From positions 90,644,001-90,708,000 of the forward strand of contig NC_043001.1 in assembly GCF_006345805.1 (NCBI RefSeq): 64,000 nt of DNA, written 5' to 3'. Made by a program: the position numbers and the translations under genes. The DNA is from Octopus sinensis (Eukaryota). Shown here one piece after another: positions 13,724-25,725 of the stretch. Within the stretch, counting starts at the first letter, position 1. The number at the start of each line of letters is the position of its first letter. The notes under the pieces are model-generated. The model was not told the origin of the DNA. It was given only the letters and a program-made list of their open reading frames with translations, and ran no database searches.

Positions 13724-16700
13724 TTGCTCTTTATCACATGTTATGTTGGTGCTCCTGGAGTCTTGCATGCGTAGCGGGCTTACTACCTGCAGCCTACGGT
13801 ACCATGCTATCCGTCCTTTTCAGCTATCTAGTATTTTCCTGATTATTCTGGCCGTGCCAGGGACGCAACCCTTTTGTAACAGTTCTACTGGGCACGCTAT
13901 TCCAATTTCCTTTATATTCCCCTTGATGCCTTTTGATACTGTTTCCAAGGACCCAAGATAGTACCAAGGTATTGGCACTATCTTCACCTTCATTTTCCAT
14001 AGCCGGGCTATTTCGTACATAAGATGGTTGTATCTATCTTTTCATCTCCCTTCTTGACTATTTGTGGGTCAAAGGGACATGCAACGTCAACTATGCATAT
14101 GCAGTCTTCCACATTAATCAATCCCCTTCCTCTATTTGCTCTCTTCGTGTATAGGCGATCAGTGCTGTACGTGGATGATGAGCTCCAAGCATCGTTAAGA
14201 GCTTTCTTGTCCTCCTGTCCAACTCGTTTAGCTTATGCGGTGCACCTTGTCCATCACCACTAGATCCAGTCTCTTATGTTCTAGCACCTGATCTGTTTGG
14301 AGTGGGAAATCCCAGAGAATTTTGCTATTCTCCGAACCTGCCACTCTCAGCAGTGTGTTCTCATACCACGTCTCGCCTTTCCCTAACCTCCACTTTTCGC
14401 ACAGTTTTTTCGATACCTGGTCGTGTCGCCACAACGTGTAGTGGTTTTGGGCAAGTCTAGGGCATTCGTTCGTGATATGAGCAATGGTTTCAACCATTCT
14501 ATGTCAGATGCGACACAGCGGAGACACTTGCTCATTCCTAAGGTTAACTCTCTAGTCCGTAGTGAAATCTTGGTCTTGCGCTGCCAGTATAGTGTTCTCG
14601 GTCTCTTTGTGGTGGGGACTCCTATTATCAACCAATCCCACCTATTTTTCCAGCAACTTCTGTTGTGGTTACATGTAACTGAATAGGCAGTCCCTTCTTG
14701 CATAATTCTTCTTCATGCCCCTTTTGTACTTCATTCGTTTTCCCTTTTTTCTCTGCTCTCAATACTTCCTCGTTCCTAACTGTCACTAGCAAGGTTTCCT
14801 TACTTTGGGCTAGGTATCTCATTAAGCTCTCGAGTTCGATACGCACACAGTCTTCCACACTTATCAGTCCCCTTCCTCCGTTTGCTCTTTTCATGTATAG
14901 GCAATCAATGTCTGCACATGGATGATGGGTTCCATGCATCGTTAGGAGTGTTCTTGACTTCCTGCCCATCTCCTTTAGCTCCTCCTCTGTCCACTTCAGA
15001 ATTTCAGCATCATACCGAACTACTACGTCTGCGCACGAGTTTATTGACGAAATTATGTTTCTGGTATTCAGCTTTGAAGCCAATATTCTCTGCACTCGCC
15101 GCAGGTACTCTCTTTTTGTCTTTTCCTTCATTTCGAGGTGTTTGATTCCATCTGTCTCAAGTATTCCCAGGTATTTATAACTAGATTGAGGTTAAGTTTC
15201 TTTCACTATTTTACCACTTGGCAACCAAATGCCTCCTGTCCTGGCAAGCTTTCCTCGTCTCATCGCTATTTTGAGAGTCCAAACTCCATCTTAATATCAA
15301 TGGAGAAAATCCGCACAGACTGTACTAAGCTATCCAGTTTTCCCTCAGGTCATCAATGAATAGCAAGTGGTTTAGTTTTTCCTTACCACTTCCCAGATCA
15401 TACCCCAACTTTGTTTTCTGTAGTGTTTCACTCGAGGAGATCGTTCCCAACACGATTATCAGTGGAGACACACTGTCCCCCTTGAAGACTCCTCTCTTGA
15501 TTTTTACCTCTCTTAATACTTACTTCCCTGCTATCAATTACGTTCGCCAGCATTTCATGCTATTCCATATAAGGCTTCTCATATTCTCTGCTACTCCATG
15601 CATTTCCATTGTTCTTATTATCCAAGAGTGTTATATCATATCGTATGCTTTGCGATAGTCAACCTATACCATGTATGTCTTCTCCTGCAGTTCCTGATAA
15701 TTAGATTATAAATTAAGAGCTAATCCTTCGTTCCCCGGCTCCTTTTTCGGCACCCTTTCTTTTCAATGGGTATCAGCCCACTTTTTCCAAGTACCCATAC
15801 AGTTCACTGACCAAAGCACCTGACATTAATTTCCAAATTAGCGGGAGGCATGCTATTGGCCTAAAGTTGGATGCAACAGTTCCCTTTTTAAGATCCTGGC
15901 CACATAATAATGTCTTCCCCTTTGTCATCTAGCTGGGTTCTGCACCTTCCTGCAAGCACTCATCTAGTTGTTGTGTTATCCATTCATCGAGCCCTCTCAG
16001 CTTCTTCATCCAATAACCTTGGACCCCATCTGGTCCTGGACTCTTCCAAATTGGGAATTTCCTCATTGCCTTTTTATTATTTCTGTAATTATCTTTATTG
16101 TCTTCTTGGACTTCGTATCTATCTTGAATTTCATGCAACCTCTCTGCTTCATCATTATGTTCACAGGTTGGTCCCAGGTACCTCTCCAGGATGCCTTATT
16201 TTCCTCTCATCTGTTATCATTGTTACGTATATTTGCCCATCTACTTCCTGAAACAGTTTCTTCTGATTTACTTCAAACAATCTATTTTGCTTGAACCGTT
16301 TTTTTTTTCTATTGCCATATCTTTCCAGTTTTGCTTTAATTGCTACTACTCTTTCTTCCAATTATTCCAATATCACATCATAACCTTTATCTCTTATTCT
16401 ATATGTTCTTTCCAGCATTATTCTTCTGTTTTCGTTCTGAAATTTCCCATTTCTCAACCTATCAACTTGTCCTAAATGTCTTTTTAACCTTGTTTGTTTC
16501 TCACAAATTCGTCTACGCCAGTATGGTTCTTTACGTTCTGTTTGTTCTTTTCTTTTGTATCCAACTCTGTCTGTAGCAACCATAGCTGCAGTCCAAATAA
16601 TCTTGTCAGTCTCAGTTATATTTCTCGTCTGGAATAGCCCAAGAAACGAATCTATCTTTTCGGTTTCAACTTTGAGCTTGCGTCGATCAATGTACCTCAG

Positions 16701-17830
16701 GTTGGGAGTGGGTGCTTGATCCTGGTCTTCTCTAATATATTGGCAGAGCGTCCTCACTATGTCTTGATGGTCATCATCGTATTCTTGTGATATAGCTCTT
16801 CCTATTAATTCTGCATCATTTGCTGGGAATGCATTTACTTTTACACTTTGCTCTACGTCTTCACTGCTGCCTTCCATTTTTCTTTTCTTACTGGGCACGA
16901 TGTTATCTGTTGGTAAAGTATTATTTCTATCTTCTACTTTCCTTTTTATCTCTTCTATTTCCATGTCTGTTAACTACCCTTTTGCTCTTATTCCTCTAGC
17001 CTGATCGGCTACCCATTGCTCACTATCTCATCCCATTTTACTTTCATTCGATGTCGGAATCCCCTTCTGTTGAGTTCACTCCTGATCCAGTATTCAATTA
17101 CCGTTCGGTTGGCCTCCTTATTTCACCTTCATCTCTGCCTCTCGCTTTTTGTACAAGCAGTCTCTGGATGACGACTGGGCCTGCCACACAGCACCTGCCG
17201 GGCGAAAGGCTTTCACCTTTGGCTCCAGCATCATTAACACCATTATTTGATACATTTGCATTAGACATTTTCGTCAACATTGAGGTATATGTTTTAAGGT
17301 TAGCCGCCAACCGGTATTTTTATCTAGACACCATCTCTAGTAAGATTGTCAACCAAGACAGCAGTGCTCTTACTACCCATAAGTTGGGTCTGTTCCCTTC
17401 GCATTTCTGTATATTGAGGATCATGATCGTGATTCTCACTAGGAGACAGGTGAGCGTAGGTTGATCCCTTATCTTCATACAAATATTGCTCAGGAGTTAA
17501 GCCCACTTCGCGATTCATTTGCCTTCATCCCTGGCGTGGAGCCGTTGGACACTGACAGGTTGACACCACTGTAACTAAGGTGTCCTATCTACTCCAGTTT
17601 TATATCAAAGTGTTCTTTCTCCAAGACAGACTATCAACCAAAGCTCACGAAATCTATCTACCCGTTTTCGGAAAGGCCATTAACTCTTTTGAGTTTCTCT
17701 GCTCTTTGCCGAGTTTTGTTTTTAATCCCACAAGGTGTCGAAAATCCACCCTCCTCACCAAGCAAGCTTAGTGGGGTTGCCAGTTTAGTCGCCGACGACT
17801 CGACGGCTCTACAACGCCGCATGTTAATCA
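13724..17830 (-). mobile_element. R4/Dong non-LTR retrotransposon, near full length, degenerate
   Basis: N-terminal EPYWRRRICEK; RT KSPGPDGVQGYWMKKL; thumb KRANGGRGLISVEDC; CPRLAQNHY; RLE KILWDFPLQTD..LEHKRLDLVV / IVDVACPFD / RLWKMKVKIVPI; 3' UTR followed by (TAA)n. Confidence 0.88.
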
Positions 17831-18079
17831 TTCTGGGTAATTATCAATCTGGATAATTATTTACTTGGTTACTATTATAGTTTCACTATTACTACTATAA
17901 TCCCTATCTTGTTATTTACTTGTTCACTACAATAGTTTCACAATTATCACTATACTTATATCATTACTATAAGGCTTAGAGGTCCTAATATTATCTCCCC
18001 TGATTTCTTTAGGCAACAAATGATGACAGATTTACGGCTGTTGGTTTAGTTACTGATGATGCTGCGGCGCTAAATGGAA

Positions 18080-18465
18080 GAGTGAGCTGGCAGAATCGTT
18101 AGGACGCCGGGCGAAATGCTTAGCGGTATTTCGTCTGCCGTTACGTTCTGAGTTCAAATTCCGCCGAGGTCGAATTTGCCTTTCATCCTTTCGGGGTCGA
18201 TAAATTAAGTACCAGTTACGTACTGGGGTCGATATAATAGACTTAATACCTATGTCTGTCCATGTTTGTCCCCTCTATGTTTAGCCCCTTGTGGGTAATA
18301 AAGAAATAGGTATTTCGTCTGCCGCTACGTTCTGAGTTCAAATTCCGCCGAGGTCGACTTTGCCTTTCATCCTTTCGGGGTCGATTAAATAAGTACCAGT
18401 TACGCACTGGGATCGATATAATCGACTTAATCTGTTTGTCTGTCCTCGTTTATCCCCTCTGTTAT
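18080..18465 (+). mobile_element. SINE family 1 dimer carrying the Tx1-like tail
   Basis: A/B boxes; unit ends GCCCCTTGTGGGTAATAAAGAAAT then restarts at GGTATTTCG. Confidence 0.82.
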
Positions 18466-18651
18466 AAACTTGAAACATACTAGAATATCATAGATTATAT
18501 ATATCAAGTCATTCAATCAGTTCCGTCCAATTTTACCTTTTTTTAGATTTGAATGAAATTTAATAGTATTTTCAAATGTCTAATTCAATTAAAAATTATT
18601 TTTATGCATTTGTGTACGTTTAAACTAATTAAATATTGTTTTACAAAATAA

Positions 18652-19706
18652 TAGACGGTGTCCACAAAGTCTGCGTACATGGGGATTAACACATACTTTT
18701 AAAACAAAACAATTTTATTTAATTATAATGTTAATAAGTAATATTTTCAAAGTGATTTCCATCATTTTCAATGCATAACTTGATGCGCCTTGCAAAATTC
18801 AGGTGAACTTGATTAATAAGTCTACATTGCCATCAATTTCAGCACACTGACTGGTAATGCGTTCTCTCGTGTGTTTTAAATCTAATCTTTTTTGAGTAAA
18901 CTTTCTCTTTCAACATACCCCAGAAAAAGAAATCAAGGGGAGAAAGGTCTGGTGAACGAGGGTACCATTCCATATGCCCCCTTCTTCCAATCCAACGAGG
19001 AAAAGTGTCATTAAGCCAATATCTAACAGTTATGGCAAAATGTGTAGGGGCCCCATCCTGCTGAAACCCATTCGGAAGGCCCTCGCCTAGGCGCTCAATT
19101 TAAGATATTAATTTGTCTCTCAATATGTTTACATAAGTCTTATTCGTTATATGTTCAATGAAGAAGGGTCCTAAAACATGAGCTTTCCACAAACCACACC
19201 ACACCATCACCTTTTTGCTGCCTTACTGTTTGGATGGATCCATCCAATGTAGATTACCTCGAGACCAGTATAGAAGATTCTGTCTGTTGACCTCGAGACC
19301 AGTATAGAAGATTCTGTCTGTTGACCTCACCATTTACATAAAACGTAGATTTGTCACTGAACAACACAAAGTTTTTCGTAAAATTGATACTTTCATCCAA
19401 TTTATCTGAAAACTATTCGCACGTCTACATTCGTCTATCAGGGTTGTCTTCATTTAAGTGATGCAATATCTGTAGGTTGTATCGATGAAACTTTTCCTCA
19501 ACCAGCATTTTGTGGATGGTTGGTTTTGGAACACCGAACACCGTAGATGTCTGACGAAGTGATTTCTTTGGGCTAGCAGAAATTTTAGCCATGACAGCCT
19601 CTTTCGTTTCATCTGCGTGGAAGTTATACTCGGAGATTGGTCAATATAAAGATCGGCAAGAAATAGAACTTTTATCATCAGTCTTTAATTTATTTTCGCC
19701 AGTGGG

Positions 19707-19787
<81 letters not shown>

Positions 19788-19853
19788 GTATATGATACGG
19801 GAATTTTAATGGAGATAACCTGCAGTATATCGTACATTTTTTGTCTCCGTATA
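18652..19853 (-). mobile_element. Degenerate Tc1/mariner transposon
   Basis: Minus strand PRSPDLSPLDFFFWGMLKEKVYSKK (about 18890-18965); degenerate TIRs TA-GACGGTGTCCACAAA / TA-TACGGAGACAAAAAA; internal 34-bp tandem duplication near 19256 and a (TA)n tract. Confidence 0.7.
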
Positions 19854-20013
19854 TGAGCTAAGTATTAATAAAATGTGGTATACTATAAAAATTTCGGATA
19901 TATGTGTCTTAAAACATTCAGACAAGAAAATTCAGATGTAGCACATGAGGTATTATTCCTTACGAATATCCACATATCTATATTAAAAGTTTCACGATAA
20001 AAATATAGAAATA

Positions 20014-20563
20014 TTGGGCTGTCCGGAAAGTTCGTGCCGATTTATAGTAGCTTATATTTCGACTTATTTTAGAACATGTTTGAGTCCATAAAATAGGATT
20101 TCACTACACCTCCATTTAGAGCACAGTTTAAGCTATCTTTTCGTGGAAGAAGGTTTATGTTCCTATAACCTGTGTTAATTCTGTAACCCTTTAAAATAAA
20201 AGATGAGAAAGTTCATTTTCGGCACTTGATGCTTTGGGAACCAGACAAAAATTGCTGCAGCTCGGCTGGGATGTGTTACCAAAGATATTGTTCCTTCGGA
20301 TTTCCACTTATTCAGGTCTCTGAAGAATAGTCTTAATGGTGAACATTTCAATTCCTAAGATGACGTAAAAAGATACCTTGATGAATTCTTTGCCTTGAAA
20401 TCACTCCAATTCTGGGAAGAGGGTATTTTTAAGGTAAAGGAAAGATGGAGACGTATAGTGAAATGAAATGTTTCAGATTTGGTTCATTAAAAATGTAATG
20501 GCAAGTATTTAGTGACCTTTTACTTTCCTTTAAAAATTGGAACGAACTTTCCGGACAACCCAA
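20014..20563 (+). mobile_element. Internally deleted mariner
   Basis: TIRs TTGGGYTGTCCGGAAAGTTCGT with TA duplication; transposase C-terminus DIVPSDFHLFRSLKNSLNG...FWEEGIFK..ERW. Confidence 0.85.
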
Positions 20564-20627
20564 TATAAACATAACAATGAAATACGAATATAAACATGAG
20601 AAATAAAAACCTAAATTGTAAGAGGCG

Positions 20628-21987
20628 ATTAACCCATGATACTTTTCTTGTTTTCCTTATTATTTCGTTCATTTCAGGGCAGTCCCTGTATATTACTAAT
20701 GTTCCATAAAATTGGTGTCCCCATTTCGAAACTGTGGTTTCTGTTGAGTGTTCCCTTGTCTTCCTTTTAGGGCTGATTACTTCTTTATTCTCTTCCCTTG
20801 GTTTCTCCCTTTCTCTCTTCTTTCTTTCCATATTTTCTTTTTCTTTCGGTATATTGTTTTTTTCCTTTCTCCTGTCTCTGTTCTTTCTTGAGCTCATTTT
20901 CTGCTGTTTCTCTACTTTGTTTCTTTTGTTCTTTTCCTGATGTTTCTTTTTCCTTGTTTTCTTTCTCTTTCAGTGCATTGTTTTTTTTCCATTCTCCTGT
21001 TCTTTTTTTTCCTCTCTCTGTTCTTCTTCTGTAGTTTCTCCGCTCTGTGTCTTATTTTGTTCCTTTTCTGTTGTTTCTTTCTCCACTGTAAATTCATATA
21101 ATGGGCATTCTGCCCTTATATGACCTCTTGTTCCACATAAGTAACAATTCGGCCTTCTTCCCTCTGCAATTACGCCAATTGTCCTTCCATTTTCCACCTC
21201 TATCTGAAAGGGAATTCGCTCGATATTTTCTATTGTGGCCATCAACCACAACTCCACACCGAATCCCTTCCAGTTCACGACATTGGTTTCTGTGATCGGC
21301 CCAAGTTCTATTTCATCTTCAGCCGACCCTAGAATGGCTGTCACCAGCCATTCTGTCTTTATCTCCGGCGGTACGTTTGAGATCTTAACCCTTACTCCTC
21401 GTCTACCTTTGTATGTAGGTAGCATTATAAAATTTTCCGCTCTGAGTACAGTGGAAGAAGGCGAGGCTGCCTCTTCACTTGTTGCACACCTCACTTCCAC
21501 CGTACCATATTTCTTCCCTCTGCTTACATACGTCGCTTTGTCCATTATGTCACCAAGACACTTTTCTATATCTTCTATCGATATTCGCATTAGTTTCCTT
21601 GAGTTCTTGTCCTGTGTCCTGTATATTATCATTTTGTTGTCTCTCTCCTCCGTTGTTTCTGCTGGAGGGATCAGCTTGACGCTTTCACCCTCCCTTTTTA
21701 CATATTTCTCATACTCCTTCATTTCTTCCCTCTTGAAAGTTGCGTCTCTTATCACAAGCGATGATCCACTCTTCGTTGCGGCAACCCCCGTATATGTCTC
21801 CATGACTGAGGGTCGACGTTCCTACTATGAAAAGTAACGACAAGCAGCGGCAAGCGCCTCGCGCGATTCGATCCTGTTTCGTCTCTCTCTACAATTTTTC
21901 ACTCTTCTTCACACAAAAATAACATCCGACTGCGGCACTACATGGTGAGTATTCAGTTGGTGAAAGTTCAGTTGTTGAGTATCGATG
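20628..21987 (-). mobile_element. Tx1-array unit A: ORF1-only element, 3'-truncated
   Basis: ORF from 21803: RRM-like VKISNVPPEI, CCHC CYLCGTRGHIRAEC, K/E-rich tail continuing in the 20520-20897 frame; paralogous to unit C. Confidence 0.8.
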
Positions 21988-21989
21988 AT

Positions 21990-23716
21990 GATTTTTTATT
22001 ACCCACAAGGGGCCAACAAAGAAGGGACAATACAAATCGGGGAACTTAAAAATAACAAAAGTGGATGAAAATAAGACGAAGACAAATTAAAAAATAATGA
22101 ATTATGAAGATATTACAATGAGGTGCAATGTCCACTCGATCCCCGAAATCGAGTGGTTACATTTTTGTCAGTCTCTCCCATATTGATTTTTTCAAAAATT
22201 TTACACAATTCACAAAGTTTATCGCACAAAAATTTCATAGAGTTTCAAAATACCTTTTGCTAACAGAATTTTCGGGGGTTTTTTCCTTCTTTTCCACAAA
22301 TTTAAGTGTATTCTATCTCGTGCACCAGTGTGTCGTATCTCTCCATGCGAGATGGACGCACTTTCAATCGACACTTCCATTGATCCACCACGTACTTCCC
22401 GGTGACCTCCATGTGTTAGCTGGAAGGGGTTGGGGAATTTTTTGCTGTTGTTCATGTGTGCTTGTAGTTTTTCTTTTTGTTTGGGGAGGGGAGTCCGGGG
22501 TGCTTTCTTTTTTACGCTTGTACGTTACCGTTACGTATTCCACCTGTTCGTCTTCCTTTTGTTTTTTCTCGTCTTCTTTTTCTGTTCTTCATTCTTTCTT
22601 CCGCTTTCTTTTTTCTCCTCCTTCTGTTTTCCAATTTGTTTTTTCTTTCCGTCTTCATCGCTCTCCTGCCTCACAGCAGTTTTTTGGGGGGGAGGGGGGG
22701 ACTTCAACTGCTGTTGTTTTTTTTTGGTACAAGTAGAGCAAACGTGGCCCTTCTGCCCACACTTAAAGCATCTGGGCCTACGTCCCTCTACCGACTCACG
22801 AATTGTGTGTCCCTCCCCTACGTCGATCCTGTCGGGCAAACTTTCAAGGGTTTGGTTGTCCCCTTGAACAACCATCTCCAAACTCTGACCCTTCCAGTTC
22901 GTCTCCTCTTTCATCCTCATGCTTAGTATTAATACCTTAGCTTCCACGTCGTACACGACTGCTGTTGCTGCCCACATCACATCATAACCGGCCGGTATGT
23001 CCTCAACTGTGATTTTAGCGGTTCGCCGCCCTAAATAAGTCGGTAACAACATAATTTCCTCATTTTTGAGAGTCCTCGTGGATATCTCCTTTGCTACGTT
23101 AGCCGACCCGAACTGTGCTTCAACTGTAGCACTTCGCACACCTCGGCTAACGTAGCGTACTCTGTTCCAGATGGGAGCCATGCATCGCTCCACCACTTCG
23201 TTCTTCACCTCTGCAATTCTCTTCTCCTTGATGTTGAATACCTTGCATACGACAGTTTTCTCTCGTATAGCCTGGACAGTTTCCTGGGGAGGTACCAGCT
23301 TAGTCTCTTCGCCATTTTTTACAATGTATTGTCTGAACTGGAAGAGCTTGTCCATTGCTACTTCCAGTTCGATAACTTTGCCACCTACTGCAGCTGAAAA
23401 GCTTGGTTTGTCCTTGTTGACCGTTTCGTTTCCGATATTTTTAATTGTTCCCATCTCGGGAAAATCCTTTTTTGACGCAAGGTCACACTCCATCGTATCC
23501 AAAAAATAAATAACCTTGTCGCAACTGACAAGAAATAATTATAAATGCAGGAATTTTCTGCCCCATAGGGCGAAAATTACTGTATGTCGTGAGACAACAG
23601 TTCAAAAACAAATACACAGTAAACACAAACTGGGACGAACTCACAATAACAAATAAGCAGCAACGAGGTACACGCGCAGTCGAGAATAAAGCAACCGGAG
23701 CCTAAGGGTATCGATG
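21990..23716 (-). mobile_element. Tx1-array unit B: ORF1-only element
   Basis: ORF from 23502: LLPTYLGRR, VEGRRPRCFKCGQKGHVCSTC; no ORF2; ends in the shared tail plus AATAAA. Confidence 0.82.
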
Positions 23717-23724
23717 AATAAGTG

Positions 23725-25723
23725 AATTTTTTATTACCCACAAGGGGCCAACAAAGATGGGACAATACAATCGGGAAAAATAAAAAAAGACGAAGACAAA
23801 TTTTAAAAATAATGAATTATGAAAGGATGTACAAATGCGGTGTCATGCCCACTCGATCCCCGAAATCGGGTGGTTACATTTCGTCAGTTCTGTTCACAGG
23901 GTTTCAAAATACATTTCACCAAAAATACATTTCACAAAATTTTCAAAATACATTTTCATAAAAAACATTTTACAGAATTTTAAAATACTTTTCACCAAAT
24001 TTCAAAATACATTTCACAAAGTTTTCAAAATACATTTTCAAAAAACATTTTACAGAATTTCAAAGTACATTTCAAAACTACATTTCGTTTAACAAGGTTT
24101 TTCTTTTCTAATTCTTTTTTTCCCATAATTTTAGATAAATTCCATTACCTCTACCGGATCATGGTAATACTCCATTGTACGTGGAAATTTTACCAGTCGG
24201 CACCTCGCGTGATTTACCACGTTCTTACCGGAGGTCTCGACGAACGCATCGGCGCTGTCTTCATGGATTAGTGCACCCGTTTCCTCCCACTTAGTACCCA
24301 TCTTAACCCATGAATATCCTTCTGTTCTGTCTATTAATTCCTCCATTTCCTCACTACACTTGTGTTGGACCAATGTTCCATAGAATTTATACCGCCTATT
24401 CAATCCTGTGTTTTCTCTTGTCTTCCTTTTAGGACTTATTTCTTCTTTACTCTCCTCTCTTGGTTTCTCTCTTTCTCTCTTTTTGCTTTCCTTTTTTTCT
24501 TTTTCTTTCTCTTGTCTTTTTAGTTCTTTGTCTGTTGTCTCTCTACCTTGTGCCTTATGTTCTTTTCCTGTTTTTTCTCTTTCCTTCAGTGTACTATCCT
24601 TTCCTTTCTCTTGGCTCTGTTTTGGTTCTTTTTCTATTGCTTCTCTACCCTGTGAATTTTGTTCTTTTTCTGTTAAATTTTTCCCTTTGTTTTCATTCTC
24701 CTTCAGTGTACTGTCATTTCCTTTCTCTTGTCGTTTTACCGTTATTTCTTTTTCCTTGTTTTCTTTCTCCTTTAGTGCACTGTTTTTTCCTTCGTGTTCT
24801 TTTTTCTCCTCTTTTTTGTTTTCTTCTGTTGTCTCTCCACTCTGTGTCTTATTTCGTTTCATTTCTTTCTCCACTGTGAATTCGTATAGTGGACACTCTG
24901 TTCTTATATGCCTTCTTGTTCCGCATAAGTAGCAGTTTGGCTTTCTTCCCTCTACAATTACGCCAATTGTTTTTTTCATTTTCTACTTCTATCTGAAAGG
25001 GAATTCGTTCTATATCTTCTATTGTGGCCATCAGCCACAACTCCACACCGAATCCCTCCCAGTTTACGACGTTGGTCTCTGTGATCGACCCTACTTCCAT
25101 TTCCTCTTTAGCCGACCCTAGAATGGCTGTCACCAGCCATTCCGTCTTTACTTCCGGCGGCACGTTTGGGATTTTAACCCGTACTCCTATTTTTCCTTTG
25201 TATGTAGGCCACATACTAAAATTCTCTGCTCTGAGTACAGTGGAAGATAGCGAGGCCGCCTCTTCTCTTGTTGCGCACCTCACTTCCACCGTACCATATT
25301 TCTTCCCTCTGCTCACATATGTTGCTTTGTTCATTATTTCACCGAGACACTTTTCTATCTCTTCTATCGCTATTCTCATTAGCTTCCTCGTGTTCTTGTC
25401 TTGTGTCCTGTAAATTATTGTCTCTCTCCTCCATTGTTTCAGCAGGAGGGATCAGCTTAACGCTTTCACCCTCCCTTTTAACGTATTTCTCATATTCCTT
25501 TAATTGTTCTTTCTTGAATGTTACTTCTCTTATTACAAGCGACGCATCACTCTTCGTTGCGGCAACACCCGCGTAAGTCTCCATGACTGAGGGTCGACGC
25601 TCCTTCTATAAAAGTACTTACACGCAGCGACAAGCGCCTCGCGCGATTCTGTCCTGCTTCGTCTCCTTCTACAATTTTCCTCTTTCACACAATAATAACG
25701 TCTGACTCTAAAGAGTATCGATG
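23725..25723 (-). mobile_element. Tx1-array unit C: ORF1-only element
   Basis: ORF1 25584 to 24131 (2 frameshifts), CYLCGTRRHIRTEC; AT-rich tandem repeats 23900-24090 in the 3' UTR; shared tail. Confidence 0.82.
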
Positions 25724-25725
25724 TA

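Noticed and set aside
17740-17830. Possible twister or HDV-like ribozyme at the Dong 5' end
   Set aside because: Only a simple hairpin (CACTAAG/CTTGGTG) was evident; I could not fit either consensus by eye. Needs a covariance-model search.
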